Source: Tubulanus polymorphus (taxonomy: Eukaryota > Animalia > Nemertea). Taken from it: a stretch of 64,000 bases of DNA. Position numbers and translations under genes: made by a program. The DNA is taken from assembly GCF_964204645.1 (NCBI RefSeq), contig NC_134027.1:21352560-21416559 (forward strand). The letters are read 5' to 3'. This document shows positions 11,890 through 26,299 of the stretch, in pieces. The notes under the pieces are model-generated. The model was given only the letters and a program-made list of their open reading frames with translations. It had not been told where the DNA came from and did not search any database. The stretch's first letter is position 1; each line of letters begins with the position of its first letter.

Positions 11890-14800
11890 ATGTATTTCGC
11901 TGTATTGGTTTGTGTGTTATTTGCTGGCGTTTCGGAGGCGGGCAGCAGGGAGGAAATCGGTAAGACTTCAAATCATACCAGTTTCAGCTTCGCAGGCTTC
12001 TAGCTTTTCGCCAATGAATGAATGAACCGGCTTCGGTAGGGTCTTAACGGTCGTAGGCGGTATTATCTACAAATCTACAGAGCTGTAGCAAATCTTTGCA
12101 CGGAACAACTTGAGCGTAATATTGTACTTTTTTAAACACCCTCAACCCGCTAAGCGCCACGCAGGGCATTATACGCAGCGGGTTCAATGTTTCTTTTCCC
12201 CAACGAGGAAGAGACCAGAGAAGAACCTTCGACCAAGAAACTCTGTCACCAACAGGGTTTGAGCCCATAAACCCTGGATTGACGAGACCAGCGGCTTATA
12301 CCACTAATCAAATCATATTTTGGATCATAGATCTTCGATTCGAATATTTTGTTTTTGGTTGCTTTAAAACAAACTAGGATTTACGCTCACAGGATTCATT
12401 TTCAAAATTAGCGCCCTTAGTCTTGCTATCTTCACTGATAAACTATGTTTCGTCAGCTATTTATTCATTCTTCGGATGCCAAAATTCACGTAATTAGCTC
12501 CTTAATAAAAACAAGATCATTTTGATTTCAGGGGGTTGTACTGTCGAGAGGTTTCCCGAATCAAGTTTCAACAGCGTTAACAATCGTTACGAGAAGGAAG
12601 GAGATTGTGAAATGTGTTACTGTGCAAACCGTGCCGCAAACGTAACCTGCAAAACGTAAGTTTTTTTTCGTAACTTTGAAATAAATTGAATGCACATTCT
12701 GGACGCAATAATTCCGTTACTCAAGCTATCCCACCAGAGGGTGTGTATAATAGTCAACTTCGTCCTAGTTTAGATTGGTTTATTTGGTTGTTGTGGGGTT
12801 GAGTTTCTCCACCAATTGTTGTGGGGGCCACGTTGCATTCCACCCTCGTGTTGTCGTTGTTGGTTCCGATTAATCCGATAAGTGATATCCCTCTGACTCC
12901 GGAATAATAACAACTCTTCTAGTGGGTCTAAGTTCTTCCTTTTTTCCCGTACAATTCTTATTCCTTCCTACAGCTCGTATTTTAGGCTTCTCCACCACTC
13001 TAGCATCTCTCGACCCCCTTACTGTGCTGACCCTCCCTTTTTATACTATTTCATGCTCGCGACGTATCTTCTACATATGTTATACGTCACGAGTTTATTA
13101 CTTGTTTACTACCTAGCCATACCAGAGCTCAAGGCTGCGGCTATAACCAGCAACCCTACGCAGATACTCACGTCACTTTCACCTATCTTCTATTCAGTGT
13201 CTTATGTGCGACGTAAGCATCTACGCAGGTTGTTTACTGACTTACTGCCCTGAACTCTGGCTTCCCTCCCTGTTATGCAAACTACTAATATATCACCCCA
13301 ATATGGCTCCTTTATCTTGCTTTATTTAAAACGTATTTAATACGTATTTCATGCATTAATACGCATTTAATACGTATTTAATACATTAATACCTCAACCC
13401 CCCTTTTTAATTAACTAATATTTTATACAATATTTCATACATTTCAGCCAATATATTTTATATTTTCAGCTAATTTAACAGTGTTATTCTTAATTTGAAT
13501 TATATAATTTATCATTTAATTCATGAACATATCTATGAGTTTTTTAACTTTTATCATTTTTATACCTTTTATTACATATTTCTGGATTTAATCTTATTAA
13601 TTCTATCTGAAATATAATTGATATTATCTTTTAATTCAGCGTATCTAATTTTGCAATTATCATAAAATTCCAATAACTGTTTCAAACTATAAACTGAAAA
13701 TGAAACTAATCCTGAAAGCATTATAATTGATTTAATTTATTCTGTTGATTTCTGTAAATAAGGTGTAATATTTCTAATATCTTACTTTCACTCATTTTTA
13801 TAGCTAAAATATATAGAATAGATTAAAATAAAAGATACTGTCTTAACCCTCTAAATTATTTTCTAAATTACTTTTTATTCTTTTTATTTTTATCATTATT
13901 TCCATTCAACTTCTTTAATTTCTTATTTAATTTCATATTTTCATTCATTAGATCCTTACTAATATTCTCGTAATAAAAGTATGCGGCCAATATTAAACCT
14001 CCAGCAACTAAATAATGTTTCAAATCACTACTTCCGGTTGGAATGAATGTATTTAATGTTTTATAATCATTTTTGGAAATATTAAACTTTAAAATGACTA
14101 AATCAAATAACAATTAAACTTACTGTCTAACAGTTATTCATTAACAAATTTCTCAATGTTTTAAATATTATATGTTTAAAACATACAGCTTAATCTTATT
14201 TCAATATATAATATTATTCTTTCCATAATTGATATGTTTAATTGTTTGATAATGTTTTGATTTATGTGATCTTAAATATTTGCCACCACAATAACAATGC
14301 ACTTTTTCATTTGGATTGAATTTTCTAAATTCATCATCTAAATTACATCGAATTCCAATATCTTTATAAGAATTATTATTATCTGATTCACCTTGAATTC
14401 CATTATTTGATGAATTTTCATTATAGATAATTTGTTTATCATCAAAATTGAAATGATATAATTTTTTCAATTCTTAAGTTAATCAAATCATTGTAACCTT
14501 TAGACAGTATTAAATCACTATCTCTATCGTTATAAGGAGTTTGAAGAATATTTATTATGTTTTCATCTAAATTACCTTTATAATTAAAAACTGTAATAAA
14601 TATTTTAGGATTTTAAGCACCATTATCTAAAGTATCTACTAGTTCAGTAATTAAATATGTTTCATTTGATAATATTGTTGCTGAAATATAATTTTTAATG
14701 TTTAAACTGTGAAAATAATTTATTGGTTTCATTTATTTCGATTTTGAATTTAGGTTCTTCTTCTTCTTTCTTCATTTTTATAACAAAACTTTTATTGAAA

Positions 14801-15776
14801 TAAATCTAACTCATACAATTATTCAATGTTAAAATATGAATTATTTCACTCACACTTTAGTCACACTTTTTATGTTTAAAAATAAGAATCTAAATATAAA
14901 TATAAATATTCAATGTTTCAAATATGAATTATTTCACTCACACTTTTTATGTTTAAAAATCAAGAATCTAACGTATATAAATATAAATATTCAATGTTTT
15001 AAATATGAATTATTTCACTCACACTTTTTATGTTTAAAAATTGATTTTTTATTATTCGAAATCTATATTTGATCTTATTTTTCTAGATTATAATGCTAAC
15101 ACTTTACTCACACTTTTAAAAATATGAAATTATTAGAGTATATAGGAAAGTGTTGGTTCAGGTCAAAGGTTGAGAGGGCGAGTGAGTAGAAAATTAAAAT
15201 AAATTCGAGCGTGCGTACTATTTGCGAACCGGCATACTTCTAAAGTATCTAGATTTCCACCGGGCTCGGGTAAACTTTTGAAAGGCAGGGTATGCTGACG
15301 ATGAAATGTCTAATATCTGATCCTTAAAGTTCATTTTCGTAAGGAAATGTGTGAGGTGAAGCTAAACATATTATTTCATGTGAAGTAAGGACGATCACTT
15401 TTGAAGGTGTGACACAAATCACTTTTGAAATGTGTTTAATATGTCTGGTGTTTATTGAAAATGTCCCAGGCAAAGTTGCAATGTGTACGTATATGGTTTG
15501 CATTATCTGTTTTGCAGGTGCACCCTATGGGGAATTCAATCATACACATGTCAGTACGAAATACTGTTGAAAGACGTGTGTTATTACGGTAACACAACCG
15601 CTCAATGGCCCGGGTGTTGTTCGAAGCGCAGGACAATCTGCCAATCGTCTGGTAAATACACGTCAGTGTTCAATAGTGATGCATTTGCCGAATTCCAGAA
15701 AACGGCAGTTAAAGATCCTACGTGTAACTCTACCATGGAGGCAATAGTTAGGGCTTGGTTAGCCCTTTACGACTAA
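11890..15776 (+). CDS. Secreted SVWC (single von Willebrand factor C)/La1/Vago-like protein, copy A; exons 11890-11959, 12532-12655, 15518-15776 (150 aa)
   Basis: Signal peptide MYFAVLVCVLFAGVSEA; GT-AG introns in phases 1 and 2 give one continuous frame; Cys pattern GC...CEMCYC...CKTC...C...WPGCC...C. Confidence 0.82.
12125..12310 (-). mobile_element. tRNA-derived SINE in intron 1 of SVWC copy A
   Basis: Minus strand has A-box-like TAGTGGTATAAG and B-box-like GGCTCAAACCC, plus an A-rich end; absent from the paralogous introns of copies B and C. Confidence 0.6.
12780..13152. repeat. Unclassified interspersed repeat, second copy at about 58210-58581
   Basis: Shared sequence GTTGGTTCCGATTAATCCGATAAGTGATATCCCTCTGACTCCGG ... 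CCAGAGCTCAAGGCTG. Confidence 0.8.
13300..15219 (-). mobile_element. Degenerate Polinton/virus-like fragment related to 29994-33072, in intron 2 of SVWC copy A
   Basis: Very AT-rich; frameshifted homolog of the Zn-finger ORF (..KVHCYCGGKYLRSHKSKHYQTIKH, 14201-14800); further small ORFs downstream; ends at ...GCGTACT (AGTA on minus strand) where similarity to copy B resumes. Confidence 0.65.
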
Positions 15777-16199
15777 ACATCTGTATACATTAACGATTTC
15801 GTCATATTTGATATCTCTGACGTTATATTCAATAATAATCTATATGTAAATGATATCTATGACGTTTTCACAAATAATTCAACATATGTTTTGACTAATT
15901 TCATCTAGCATCTTTCATCAAAGATTTATTTATTGTATACGATGATGAGGCAAATTGAAATAATTATAAACAGTGATAAAAATATGTTTAGTTTTCATTG
16001 CTTTTAAAGTAAAATAAAATGCACAACATGGATATACGAATAACGAATTACGACATTAGAAAATTGCATATTACTATCATGTTATTGACCAATGAAGTTT
16101 GTACTGTGAAATAGGCGTCAACACGTCTAGAATAACGCTTCGATATTTGAATGCGTTTCTTCAGGCAATTGTCATCAATGTATAATATTATACATAGCC

Positions 16200-16696
16200 T
16201 TATGTAGTATTATTGAAACTTTCCTTGTGGCCTCTATTAATTAAACGTCGCGGTTTGATCACGATGTGGGCTTTTAACGGCAAAACTATGATAAATAGAC
16301 GCTCGATTTGAATTAAAACAGTCGCCAAATTACGAGTGGCCCGAAGCGTGTCGTTTAGTATCAGTAGCGCCCGGCGCATGTGCGGAAAGATCAGACTAGC
16401 AGGTTGACCAAAAACGTAACGTCCATGGATAATGTGAAATGCTAAGAATGTCAGTGGTTCTCTGAACAGCTTGATAATTAAGAACGCGGTCGCGACGCTA
16501 GCCATAGAGCGTTAACGGAACGGTGCGCCTTTAGCAGACGACCCAATATAACAATCGTGATCGCGTTCAGAGATATACCGATAACGCAAAGAGGACCCAC
16601 ACCGTAGTAAACCTTGACGTGGTAACAAACGTTATTCATCTGTATGAACTTCGGTTTGACCAAACTATCTGTTAATCGCTGAACTCCATCTTGCAT
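16200..16696 (-). pseudogene. Truncated, frameshifted class A GPCR of a different subfamily (TM1-TM3)
   Basis: GPLCVIGISLNAITIVILGR (TM1) and VLIQIERLFIIVLPLKAH (ERY-like TM3/ICL2) lie in two frames. Confidence 0.7.
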
Positions 16697-17334
16697 CCTC
16701 TAGTTCTGCGTCAAATGTTACCGCATCCTTTCAAACCGACTTCTATTGAACGTTTCAACATGAACTTAATGAGTCAATGATTCTCACTAACTCAGGAAGA
16801 TCGAATCGAGTTTATTTGATAAATTGAATTAAGCAATAATGGGACTAAAACATTAACGCAATTGACGCCATATATCTATTGAAAAGCAGTTTGATAAATA
16901 TCTTCCCATTCATAATTCTGTAAGTTTTGGATCGATTTGAATTTCAACATTTTGTAGAAAATTTTGATTTACATATATAAATAAAGCAAAGGCGGTCACG
17001 ATTCATGAATTTTAGAGTAGAAACTGATAGAGAAAGAGAGGGGAGGTATATTGAAATTCAAAAAGTTTCTTCGAGCTGAATAGATTCATTGAATTAGTTT
17101 GTGGATGTACATGTAGTCGACGAAGCTGCAGCTGCAAATTACGAAGTTGAGCCACGTACTCAAAAACGATTCTAAACGTCTCGAATTACAAGAGTAAGTT
17201 GCAAATAAAAATTGCAATAAAATTTCCATCTTGGATTAGTCGAAAAGTTCAATAAACTACCGGCTCTAGGAAACATGTAGAATCCCACAATAATAATGAA
17301 AAAACAGTCCGAAAGTTTAACTGTAGCTAGTAGT

Positions 17335-17412
17335 TCAGTCAACGTTTCGACTATATCCTTATAGTCATCCTCGGGAATACTGTATTCAGTATTCCTGAAG
17401 ATGACTATTTGG
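17335..17412. mobile_element. Inverted pair of Penelope-type hammerhead-like motifs
   Basis: Minus strand CCGAGGATGACTATAAGGATATAGTCGAAACGTTG back-to-back with plus strand CCTGAAGATGACTA, forming a palindrome. Confidence 0.5.
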
Positions 17413-17804
17413 ATGACTTTATACGCGAGATATGGGCGTGGTCATGCTGTAACACTGACCAACCTAATTTCGATTAGATGGCAAACTCTTGGCTACTCAA
17501 ACTGTATGAGCATGCTCTAGGAATGTCTTACAGTCGTATTGTATTGAATTTTTGTATTTTATTTGCAATATCATAAAGAACATTGAATTTTTGTATTTTA
17601 TTTGCAATATCATAAAGAACATAGTAACAGATGTTGTAACACATGCGAGCAAAGATAAGAATGAGATTGCCAGGGACCGGAAGAATCCAGAGATTATCCC
17701 TGTCAATGACAAATTACGGAAAAACTGTATTTTGGCTAACTGATAAAGCCATACATTGACGAAAACCGGAAATGAGGATTTTTATTGAAAATGAATGCAG
17801 AACG

Positions 17805-20490
17805 TTTAGGATAAGATAAAGATTTTATGTATTATTTGGATAGAATTATATATCAATTACAGGAAAGGAGGTGGACATTTAAATAAGGAAGAAACAGACA
17901 ACCTATTACGAATTGCATGCGGGATGCTACTCCAGATTTTGGGACAAGAGATACTTATAGAGAATGACCTATGGGTTGTGTGAAAATACGGTACATACAC
18001 GGTATATCGAGATCCCGTGCATTGCGTAGAATTCTTACTATCTCTCGTTTTTAAAAGACAATAAATGTATGGAGTTATCGGCACTAGATGACCAGTTGAC
18101 CAGTTTATACATAAAGAGCGCTGTAAGAAACTTATTAATATCAGTGAGGGTAAGAAATCTGCCAAGTTTAAACAGGGGGACCGTATGTGCAAGAAATGGG
18201 ACATTGAATACAACGCGAATTGCTCTCTTTTGGAGAATCATTATTCGATGGAGTCGAATAGGGTAGGTCCGTGTCCATACAATGTTGCAATAAAGGAAAT
18301 AAGGGAGTATAGGGGAGTTATATAAGGTAGGTAGAAAGCATCTCGGTAGAACTCTAGGGGCTTAATTGTACATCAAACCGATCGATTGCGAAACTTTATT
18401 AGAAATATAGTTATATGAGGAGACCATATAAGTAACTTGCTGTCAATTAACGCGCCTAAGAATCTCGAAGTATCGGCTCGTACAATAACCACATCGTCTA
18501 AAACTATATTCAAACCCTGGGGGATACGAACGTTACCAAAGATTATATAGGCCTAGCTTATTTTATCTATATCTAGGGGGAGTTTGTTTAATCTAAACCA
18601 AGAAGAGAGCCGCTTTAGTTCATTGTTAATTGTATTAATTGTGTTAATTGTATTCGCTATTGGGACTTTATTGCTGTAAAATATGGTAGTGTCATCTGCG
18701 AACAGGATGAAGTTCAAGAGTTGAGAGGTTTTAGTAATATCGTTGAGTAAGAATAGTAGAGGTCCGAGAATTGATCCTTGAGGTGCTCCATAATTTATAG
18801 ATTGTTTTGAAGAAAACGCACCGCTGTAAGAAACATACTGTGATCTATCTTTTAGATAGCAAGTGAACGAAGATTGAGGAACACTACGCGAACCAAGATT
18901 CTGTTATTTACTGGGAGTATGCCATGGTTGATTGTATCGAATGCTTTTGAAATGTCGATGAATATTCCACAATAACGTAACCATCTTCAGTTAATTTGGA
19001 AATTTGGTCAGTGAAGTCAAGAAGGCCAAGTTCTGTGGAGTAACTCTTCCTAAAGCCGTATTGCTTTGGTGATAATATATTGTGTTTATTGATAAATGAA
19101 ATAAGCCGGCTTGTAAGTTAGGCGCAGTATATTTGAAAAACAGGATAACATTGAAATCGGTCGATAATTCGATATATAATCCCCATAGAACCCTTCTTAA
19201 ATAGAGGAATTAATAAAGCAATTTCAAACTGAGTAGGGACAATACCTGTAACGTAAGGACGATTAAAAACGTGTTAGAGAGGAGACAATGATCATTGTGT
19301 TTTCAATAATCTTTGGTTTAATATCATCGGGTCCCGCCCCCTTATCGCCGTCCATACTACAAACAATGTTTAAGATTTCCGATTTATGATAAGTGAACGG
19401 CGAATATTGTCCTCAATCCTAGCGCCAAGGTACGCAGAAACCGTGACCGGTGTTGATGGTATAAATTAGCTGCAAGGTCAGGCCCAATGTTAACGAAAAA
19501 GGTTTTGAATGTATCAGCAACTTGATCAGTTGTCAGAAGAAGTCCATCGCGAGACTTAAATTGAGGGATAGACTGATCTTGGTTAGAAGTTCCTACTCCT
19601 ACTTCCTACTACTATTAAGTTTCCCAGGTTTTCCGTAGATCATTTTTAACTTAGAAAAGTGATTCAGAATAATACTTTGTTTCTGCAGTTTTAAGTGTGT
19701 GATTGAAATTGTTGCGATAAATGCGATATATTTCTCTGTCATCGGGTTTTTTAGTTTAAATAAATTTCCGATAGTATCTAGATTCAGTTTTAATAGATCT
19801 GAGAAGGCCGCTAGTCAGCCAAGGTTTACGAACTATTTGAACTGTTTGGTGCTGGACTGAAAATAATTCACCATATATGAATTTGTATCTACCAAAAAAA
19901 ACAATGCTTGATTAGGGGCAGGTTCAGTAAGAACGGGAAATAAATCTTCCATTAGTAGTCTGATTTTGAAGTCGCGAGTTTTAGCCTCAGTTATAAGTCG
20001 AGAGGAAATGAGAACTGTGTTTATGACCCGATCTCAGTACGGAACTGAGCTGACCGTGTATTTTCTGTATTGTGAACGCAGATTCGGCGCTTAGCCAGCC
20101 GCGTATTTACATCCTCGTAGTACAAAACACTAAACACTAATTACACTCCCCAATGTTGACACACTGGGTGACTACTATACTGGGCTTACTAAGTGCCGAA
20201 TTGCCGACTCTACGTGTGAACGTAACTGGCTGTGTAAGCGCCGTATTTTGGTGAATTCGGCACCGGCAAAGTACGGTACTTCGTAAGCGCCGAATCTAGT
20301 GTGAACGCGGCTTATGTATGGAATAGTGGATGACAAAGGTAGAAAAGTGATCGGAAATATCGATGGTCACAATACCTGAATGTGTTGAGTAATAATGAAT
20401 AACGTTAGAAATATGTGGTCAATGCAAGTGGCGGTATATGCAGTGACGCGGGTCGGTTTGGAGATGGGAGGATTAAGCGGAAAGGTCAAC
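17805..20490 (-). mobile_element. Degenerate CR1/L2-group LINE ORF2 (APE end, RT, C-terminus)
   Basis: Minus-strand motifs PTRVT..TCIDHI, SDHF, KPWLT, DISKAFDTI, QGSILGPLL, ILFADDT, LQKRAIRVV; many frameshifts; microsatellite tail at about 17805-17825. Confidence 0.88.
20012..20312. mobile_element. Harbinger-like MITE remnant inserted in the LINE (duplicate at 29860-33248, split by the palindrome)
   Basis: Right terminus ...CTAGTGTGAACGCGGC-TTA and internal GTGAAC repeats; interrupts the LINE frame; left end unclear. Confidence 0.5.
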
Positions 20491-23279
20491 ATATGGCCCA
20501 AGTCCGATATACGACATTAATTTATAGTGCAACGTGTAGAGATACCTTTTGGAGTAAATCGGGGAATAATGGGCAAGCTGAAATATAAAAGCGTAGTAAT
20601 ATGGAACTAAAAGAAGTTCCATGAAAATAGATCCTTGATTGGGGATCCATATTCTGCAGCTGATGCCACGCGACACCTTACATACTAGGGTGATGACTCT
20701 AAATGACAGTTGACAGGTGACACCCTACACACCAGTTAGGTGACGACTCCACAGGACGGTTGACAGATGACACCCTACACACCATTGGCGCAAGTCCAAT
20801 ATACGACATTATAGGGCAACACATCAGTGGAGACATACTAACGCGTTCCCAAATGTTTTGATACTTTCTCAGTTTGTATCAAAAATATTGCCAATTTCTG
20901 GTCCTTGAGTCCTGAAAAATGATAAATTTACAGCGCAAAATCGTACAAACGTGTCAATTATACTTCTAAACACTTTATTTGCGGACCACATTATGAATTG
21001 AGCGTGGGCCATAGAGCGCTATATCCGCCTGTGATCTCGACTTTCAATTTATTACGTAAGCTATTCGTGAACAAAATGCGGCCGGCGCACAATAGAAACT
21101 TCGCTCTATGTATTCTTTCATTACCGCCGACAAAGAGGACCGATATTTCGCAAATTGGATTCGGGAGGTTTAAACCTCCCAAGGTCAAATCACTAAAATT
21201 GTGACCTTCGTGGAGATTATCTAAAAAGCCGATGGTAATCAAATTTAGCAGAACTTTTTACCCAAACGTTCAATGGTTTGAAAATCTTTCAATGGCATTC
21301 CTAAGTATTTGATGAAAGTTGAGAAATCATAAGATATTCATATAACCATGGACTCTAAAACCTAAATCGTTTAAGAGTCCCTGGTATAAAAGAAAAAAAC
21401 TTTGCATAACGAATAAGCAAAAATTCGAATCTGAACCATCTGTTTGGAATTGATTCTTATGAAATGGAAACAAATGCGTGAGCACTACTCATTGATTCGT
21501 TCATTATTGTACAATATGTTTCATTTGTTGACCGTAAGACGTTGACATTATGTCAATTTCATTCAATTTACTTTGCGGCTTTACAACGGCTATTTCACTG
21601 GTTCTGCGTGATGAGATAATTCTGATTAAAGTTATTGTATTAATTTCTACATGTATATACGTAATGATACTCTTTCTGAATAAAAGATGCACGTTATTCG
21701 AATCCCCACCATTGTTCTCTACAATGTACGTTAATCAAACTCACGATAAAACCAGAGCCAAAACCATGGACTCAAAAACGAAGAATCCGTGGTCAAACAT
21801 ACAATTCTAATTTCCCCGTTAGTTCACTGATGCCGTCAGTTTCTATCGAATGCAAGGATTCTAGCCAATCAGAGAGGCGCATTTAAACATCCATTGGCAT
21901 GTAAGTTATAGTACAACTTAGACAATAATCAAGGTTCGAGCCAATGTCAGTAACTACAATATGTTCTTTCATCAAATATAAATAACTCAGCAGTAGTCAG
22001 TTAGTTGAGTTTGTTTGACTTGTTTTGTATTTCATCAATCAATCTATTTCATTCTATTTTAAAGTACAAACTAAACGCTTGAATTGCTTATAACACGACC
22101 AGGTATGAATTAGAATAGATTGGCTTAATATTTCGAATGCAAATTTGGCGATTAAGCAATCGGAAATTCGAAGTGCTTGAGAAATTTTTCAATACGCCCA
22201 TTACTTCGAATAGCGATAAGTTCATTGACACATGTGACCATTGTTTTGTTACTTTCGATAGCGATTCGAATAAGCTATGCGACAGCTAACGACAGCACAA
22301 TCGCAATATCAACAGAAGTTCATTTTATCCTACATGATGAGGCTAAATTCAGTGAAATCGATCGTGTTCTGAAATATATATTTTCCTGGATACATTTTGT
22401 TTATTGTAGCTATTCTATGCGGTTTTATACATTAACCTGCTATAACATATTGACCTTTTTCAAGAACCCAAAAATTACAATTTTCTGGGAATCTGTTTTT
22501 TTTTCAAAAACAACCCAAACCCGAAATTCTGTACAGTTAGTACGCAGCGTATATAATGTCGGATTAGAGAATATTGAAAAAACTTAGAAAAAGTTCAGTG
22601 AAGGAAAATAAGCTCAGCAGTGACAAATTGTCATTTCATCCCCTTCACGTGATTAATTGATGTCCAAATATGTTCTACCGTGAAAACTCTGCATTTAGCG
22701 TCAAACGAATTTTTGTATATGTATCTCAGGATGCATGCTCTTAAAAAAGGTAGCCTATTAGGAAAAAACTTACCCGGTAAAATCCTAATTTGTCCTAAAC
22801 GATATTCCAACTATTATTTTGTTAATTGTTCAACTATCATCACTAACTGGGTAAGTTAGTTGAACTTACATAAAGATATATCATTAGGGACACTTCAATT
22901 TCACACCATTCAATATCATAAGGGAACAAAATTCTTTGAAACTTGGTTAATGATTTGATTTGATTGGAACACTTTATTTTTCAAATATAATTTACAGCAT
23001 AGTGTACAAAGCATAATACAAAATACAGTAAATTAGACCTGGAGGGGCCTGTAGAAACTAAGGAATAGTTTGTATAAAACAGGTCCCTCAAAAGAGAAAA
23101 GAAAAAAAGAGAAATGCAATAAAGAAAATAATATGCTCACAGTCAACCCTTAACACACAAAATGCAATCAAAGTAAACTATGATAACAGCTTGATTAAGA
23201 TATAATCATTTAATAAGCCAGTTATTTTCTGAAATATTCCAAAAACAATAATTTTAGTTCGAATAACTGTATGATAAAA

Positions 23280-26150
23280 TCAAGCACAAAGTTGCTTTCT
23301 ATAATTTCTTAGGAACAGTTTAGAATTGTCCATGTTTTTTAGATTTTCACTGATGTTATTCCAAAGTAAAGGGCCGGATACTTTTACTGAAAATTTTCTT
23401 CTAAGAATATTGAAAGAAAGTGTTTGTAAATCTTGACGTCGCCGAGTATTGTGACTGTGGATTTGAAAATTTTGGTTCCAATAATTTTCGAATGATTTCG
23501 GTAATATGGAGTGGACAGATCTGTAGATAAAAGTACCTAGCTGAAGTTTATTAATATCTTTGAGATTGAGGATATTAAAAGCTTTGAATATAGGGTCAGT
23601 GTGCGCCAAATAATAGGAATTAGAAATTAGCCTGATAGCTCTTTTTTGCAATACAATTAATGGCTGAAGTTTATTTTCAAAATTTCGTCCCCAAACTAAG
23701 TTACAATACTGGAGGTAAGGATCAATAAGCGACAAATAAAGGGTACGAAGAGAACTCACTGGCAGCTTATATCTTACTCTATTTATTATACCAATGCTTC
23801 GAGAAACTTTTTTTTCAACTGATTTTATTTGATCGTCCCAGGTTAGATTCCTGTCAATAAAAACTCCAAGAAAATTTGTGACATTGACTTGTTTGATCTC
23901 TATATTGTTAATTGATATTCTAAAGTTATGTTTTACCGAATAGTTTACCGAACACCATAAATGACGTCTTCTTTACATTTAATGACAGCTTGTTTGTTTG
24001 AAACCAGGTATACAATTTTGATAATTCAATGTTTACTGTACGTACTAATCTGTCTAAATTAATGTCACTATAAAAGGCATTTGTGTCATCGGCAAACAAT
24101 ATAAGTTTTAACACATTAGAAAATTTAATACAGTCGTTTACATATAATAAAAAAAGCAAGGGACCTAAAATTGAGCCTTGGGGTACTCCAGTTTTAACGG
24201 TACATAACGAGGATTTATAATTTTGAATTTGAACAAATTGTTTTCTATTCTTCAAATAGTTTTCAAACCAGTTGTTAGAGATGCCTCTTATTCCATAAAA
24301 ACATAATTTTCTTAATAAGATTTCGTGATCAACGGTGTCAAAGGCTTTTGATAAATCTAAGAATACCCCAATAGTTGATTTGTTTTCTTCTAAATTTTGT
24401 GAAATTTCATCAGTTATCAATTTTAAGGCCATGGCAGTTGAATGGTTCTTTCGAAAGCCGAACTGGTTTGGTTGAATGATATGAAACTTGTTACAATATT
24501 CGGTTAATCGATTATACACTATCTTTTCGAGAATTTTAGAAAAGCAAGGCAGTACGGATATCGGTCTGTAATTATCAAAAGAGTCATTATTGCCAGCTTT
24601 ATAGAGTGGACGTATTCGCGCTACCTTCAGTTCAGCCGGCACTATACCGGAATTTAAGCTACAGTTAAATATATGAGTTAGCGGGTTTTTTACAGAATCA
24701 ATTATTTTCTTAACTACTTTTACAGAGAAACCATCAGCACCAGCGCCTTTGCTGGGTGAGAAATCATTTACAATCTGACTGATTTCCTCAGGGTGGGTCG
24801 GGAAAAAGAAAAAGTTTTCATTTACTGGATCTGTCAGATATTCACTGAAGTGGACACCTGTATCTGGTATTTGATTGGCTAGGTTGCTACCAATATTTAC
24901 AAAGAAAGAATTAAATTCATTAGCGATATTTTCATAGCCGTTTACAACGATACCGTTCCTTTTGAAAGAGCAAGGTAATCTACTCCGATCATTGGAAGAT
25001 TTTCCAATTAGACTGTTTAAGATATTCCATGATTTTTTCATATCGGATTTGGCTGTAAGTAATTTAGTCTCATAATACTTTTTCTCGGCATATTTGAGTG
25101 TACGAGACAAGGTACGTTTGTAATTCAAATAATTTTTCAAATGTGATCTATTACGCAAAGATTTTCTGTACGAGCGATTTTTGTGTTTAATACATTTCAA
25201 TAATCCAGATGATAACCACGGTTTATGTAATTTATTTTCGTTTATTTTACGGGGAGTTGAAAAAGGAAAACATTCATTATATAATTCCATGAATTTAGTG
25301 TTAAATGCGCTGTATGAGAGTTGCGGGTCTGCATTACTATAGATATCCGACCAATCAGTGGCCAGAAGAGCTCTATTGAATTTTGAAATGTTACGTTCAC
25401 AATAGTTTCTGTTCGAAGTCACCTCTTGGTCAATTTTGGGCTCAACGTGATTACAGACAGTAAAAATAGGAAAATGATCCGAAATATCGGTACAAATAGT
25501 ACCCGTACTAAACACATGGCGAATATCGTTACAAAAAATATTATCTATAAGCGTCGAGGATGTGGGAGTGATTCTTGTAGGTTTATCAACTAATGGAATG
25601 AACCCAAATGAAGTCATATTTTCTAAATAGTTATCAGTTGGTCTGTGGGCGTTAACTTGTAGTAAATCGATGTTGAAATCGCCCATAAGATAGCATACTT
25701 TGTCTTCTCTATTAAGTTTCACTAAAAGTGGAATTAATTCATTATTAAAGCCATTTATGCTTTGTCCGGGTGGTCGATAGATCAGACCAATTAATTTATT
25801 TTTTTCTTTTTCAAGAATCAATTCAATAAATAGACATTCAAAAGTATTTCTATCCTCGGATAGATCTGGTCTAAGTTTCACATTAAAACTTTCTTTGAAA
25901 AATAGGGCCAAACCTCCTCCCTTTTTCTACACTTAAAAACACTTTTCATACCTGGGAGATTATACAGCCTGCCATTATCATGAAGTTCGCTAGTCCAGGT
26001 TTCGGTTAACCTGAAAATAGAAAAGTCAGTTTTTAAATTGCTCAAAAAATATGAAAATGTATCAAAATTTCTGTTACAACTACGAATGTTTAAAGCACAG
26101 ATTGAAAAATGTTGCTTTTCAAACTCTACAGTAGAGTTTACATCAAAGTA
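23280..26150 (-). CDS. LINE ORF2: apurinic-like endonuclease plus reverse transcriptase (largest open piece 23926-25911; frameshifted)
   Basis: LNIRS, TETW, IYRPP, MGDFNIDL, PTR..TLIDNIF, SDHFPI, NYRPIS, DLSKAFDTV, GVPQGSILGP, LFADDT. Confidence 0.92.
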
Positions 26151-26299
26151 TTGACATTTGTTATTATTAAAGATGTCGATGATGAATAAGTATAGGGTAG
26201 ATAATACTCGTTAATAGGTAGCATTATTAGACTGATGTTATCGGTAAATCATCCGGGACTGAAATTCTGTCCTTTTTGGCCATGTGAACAGTTGGGCTA

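Noticed and set aside
12230-12310. Functional tRNA gene
   Set aside because: Only degenerate A/B boxes, no full cloverleaf, followed by a SINE-like body
17543-17620. 39-bp direct duplication (similar small duplications at 20690-20785 and 40265-40380)
   Set aside because: Ordinary local tandem duplications with no further structure
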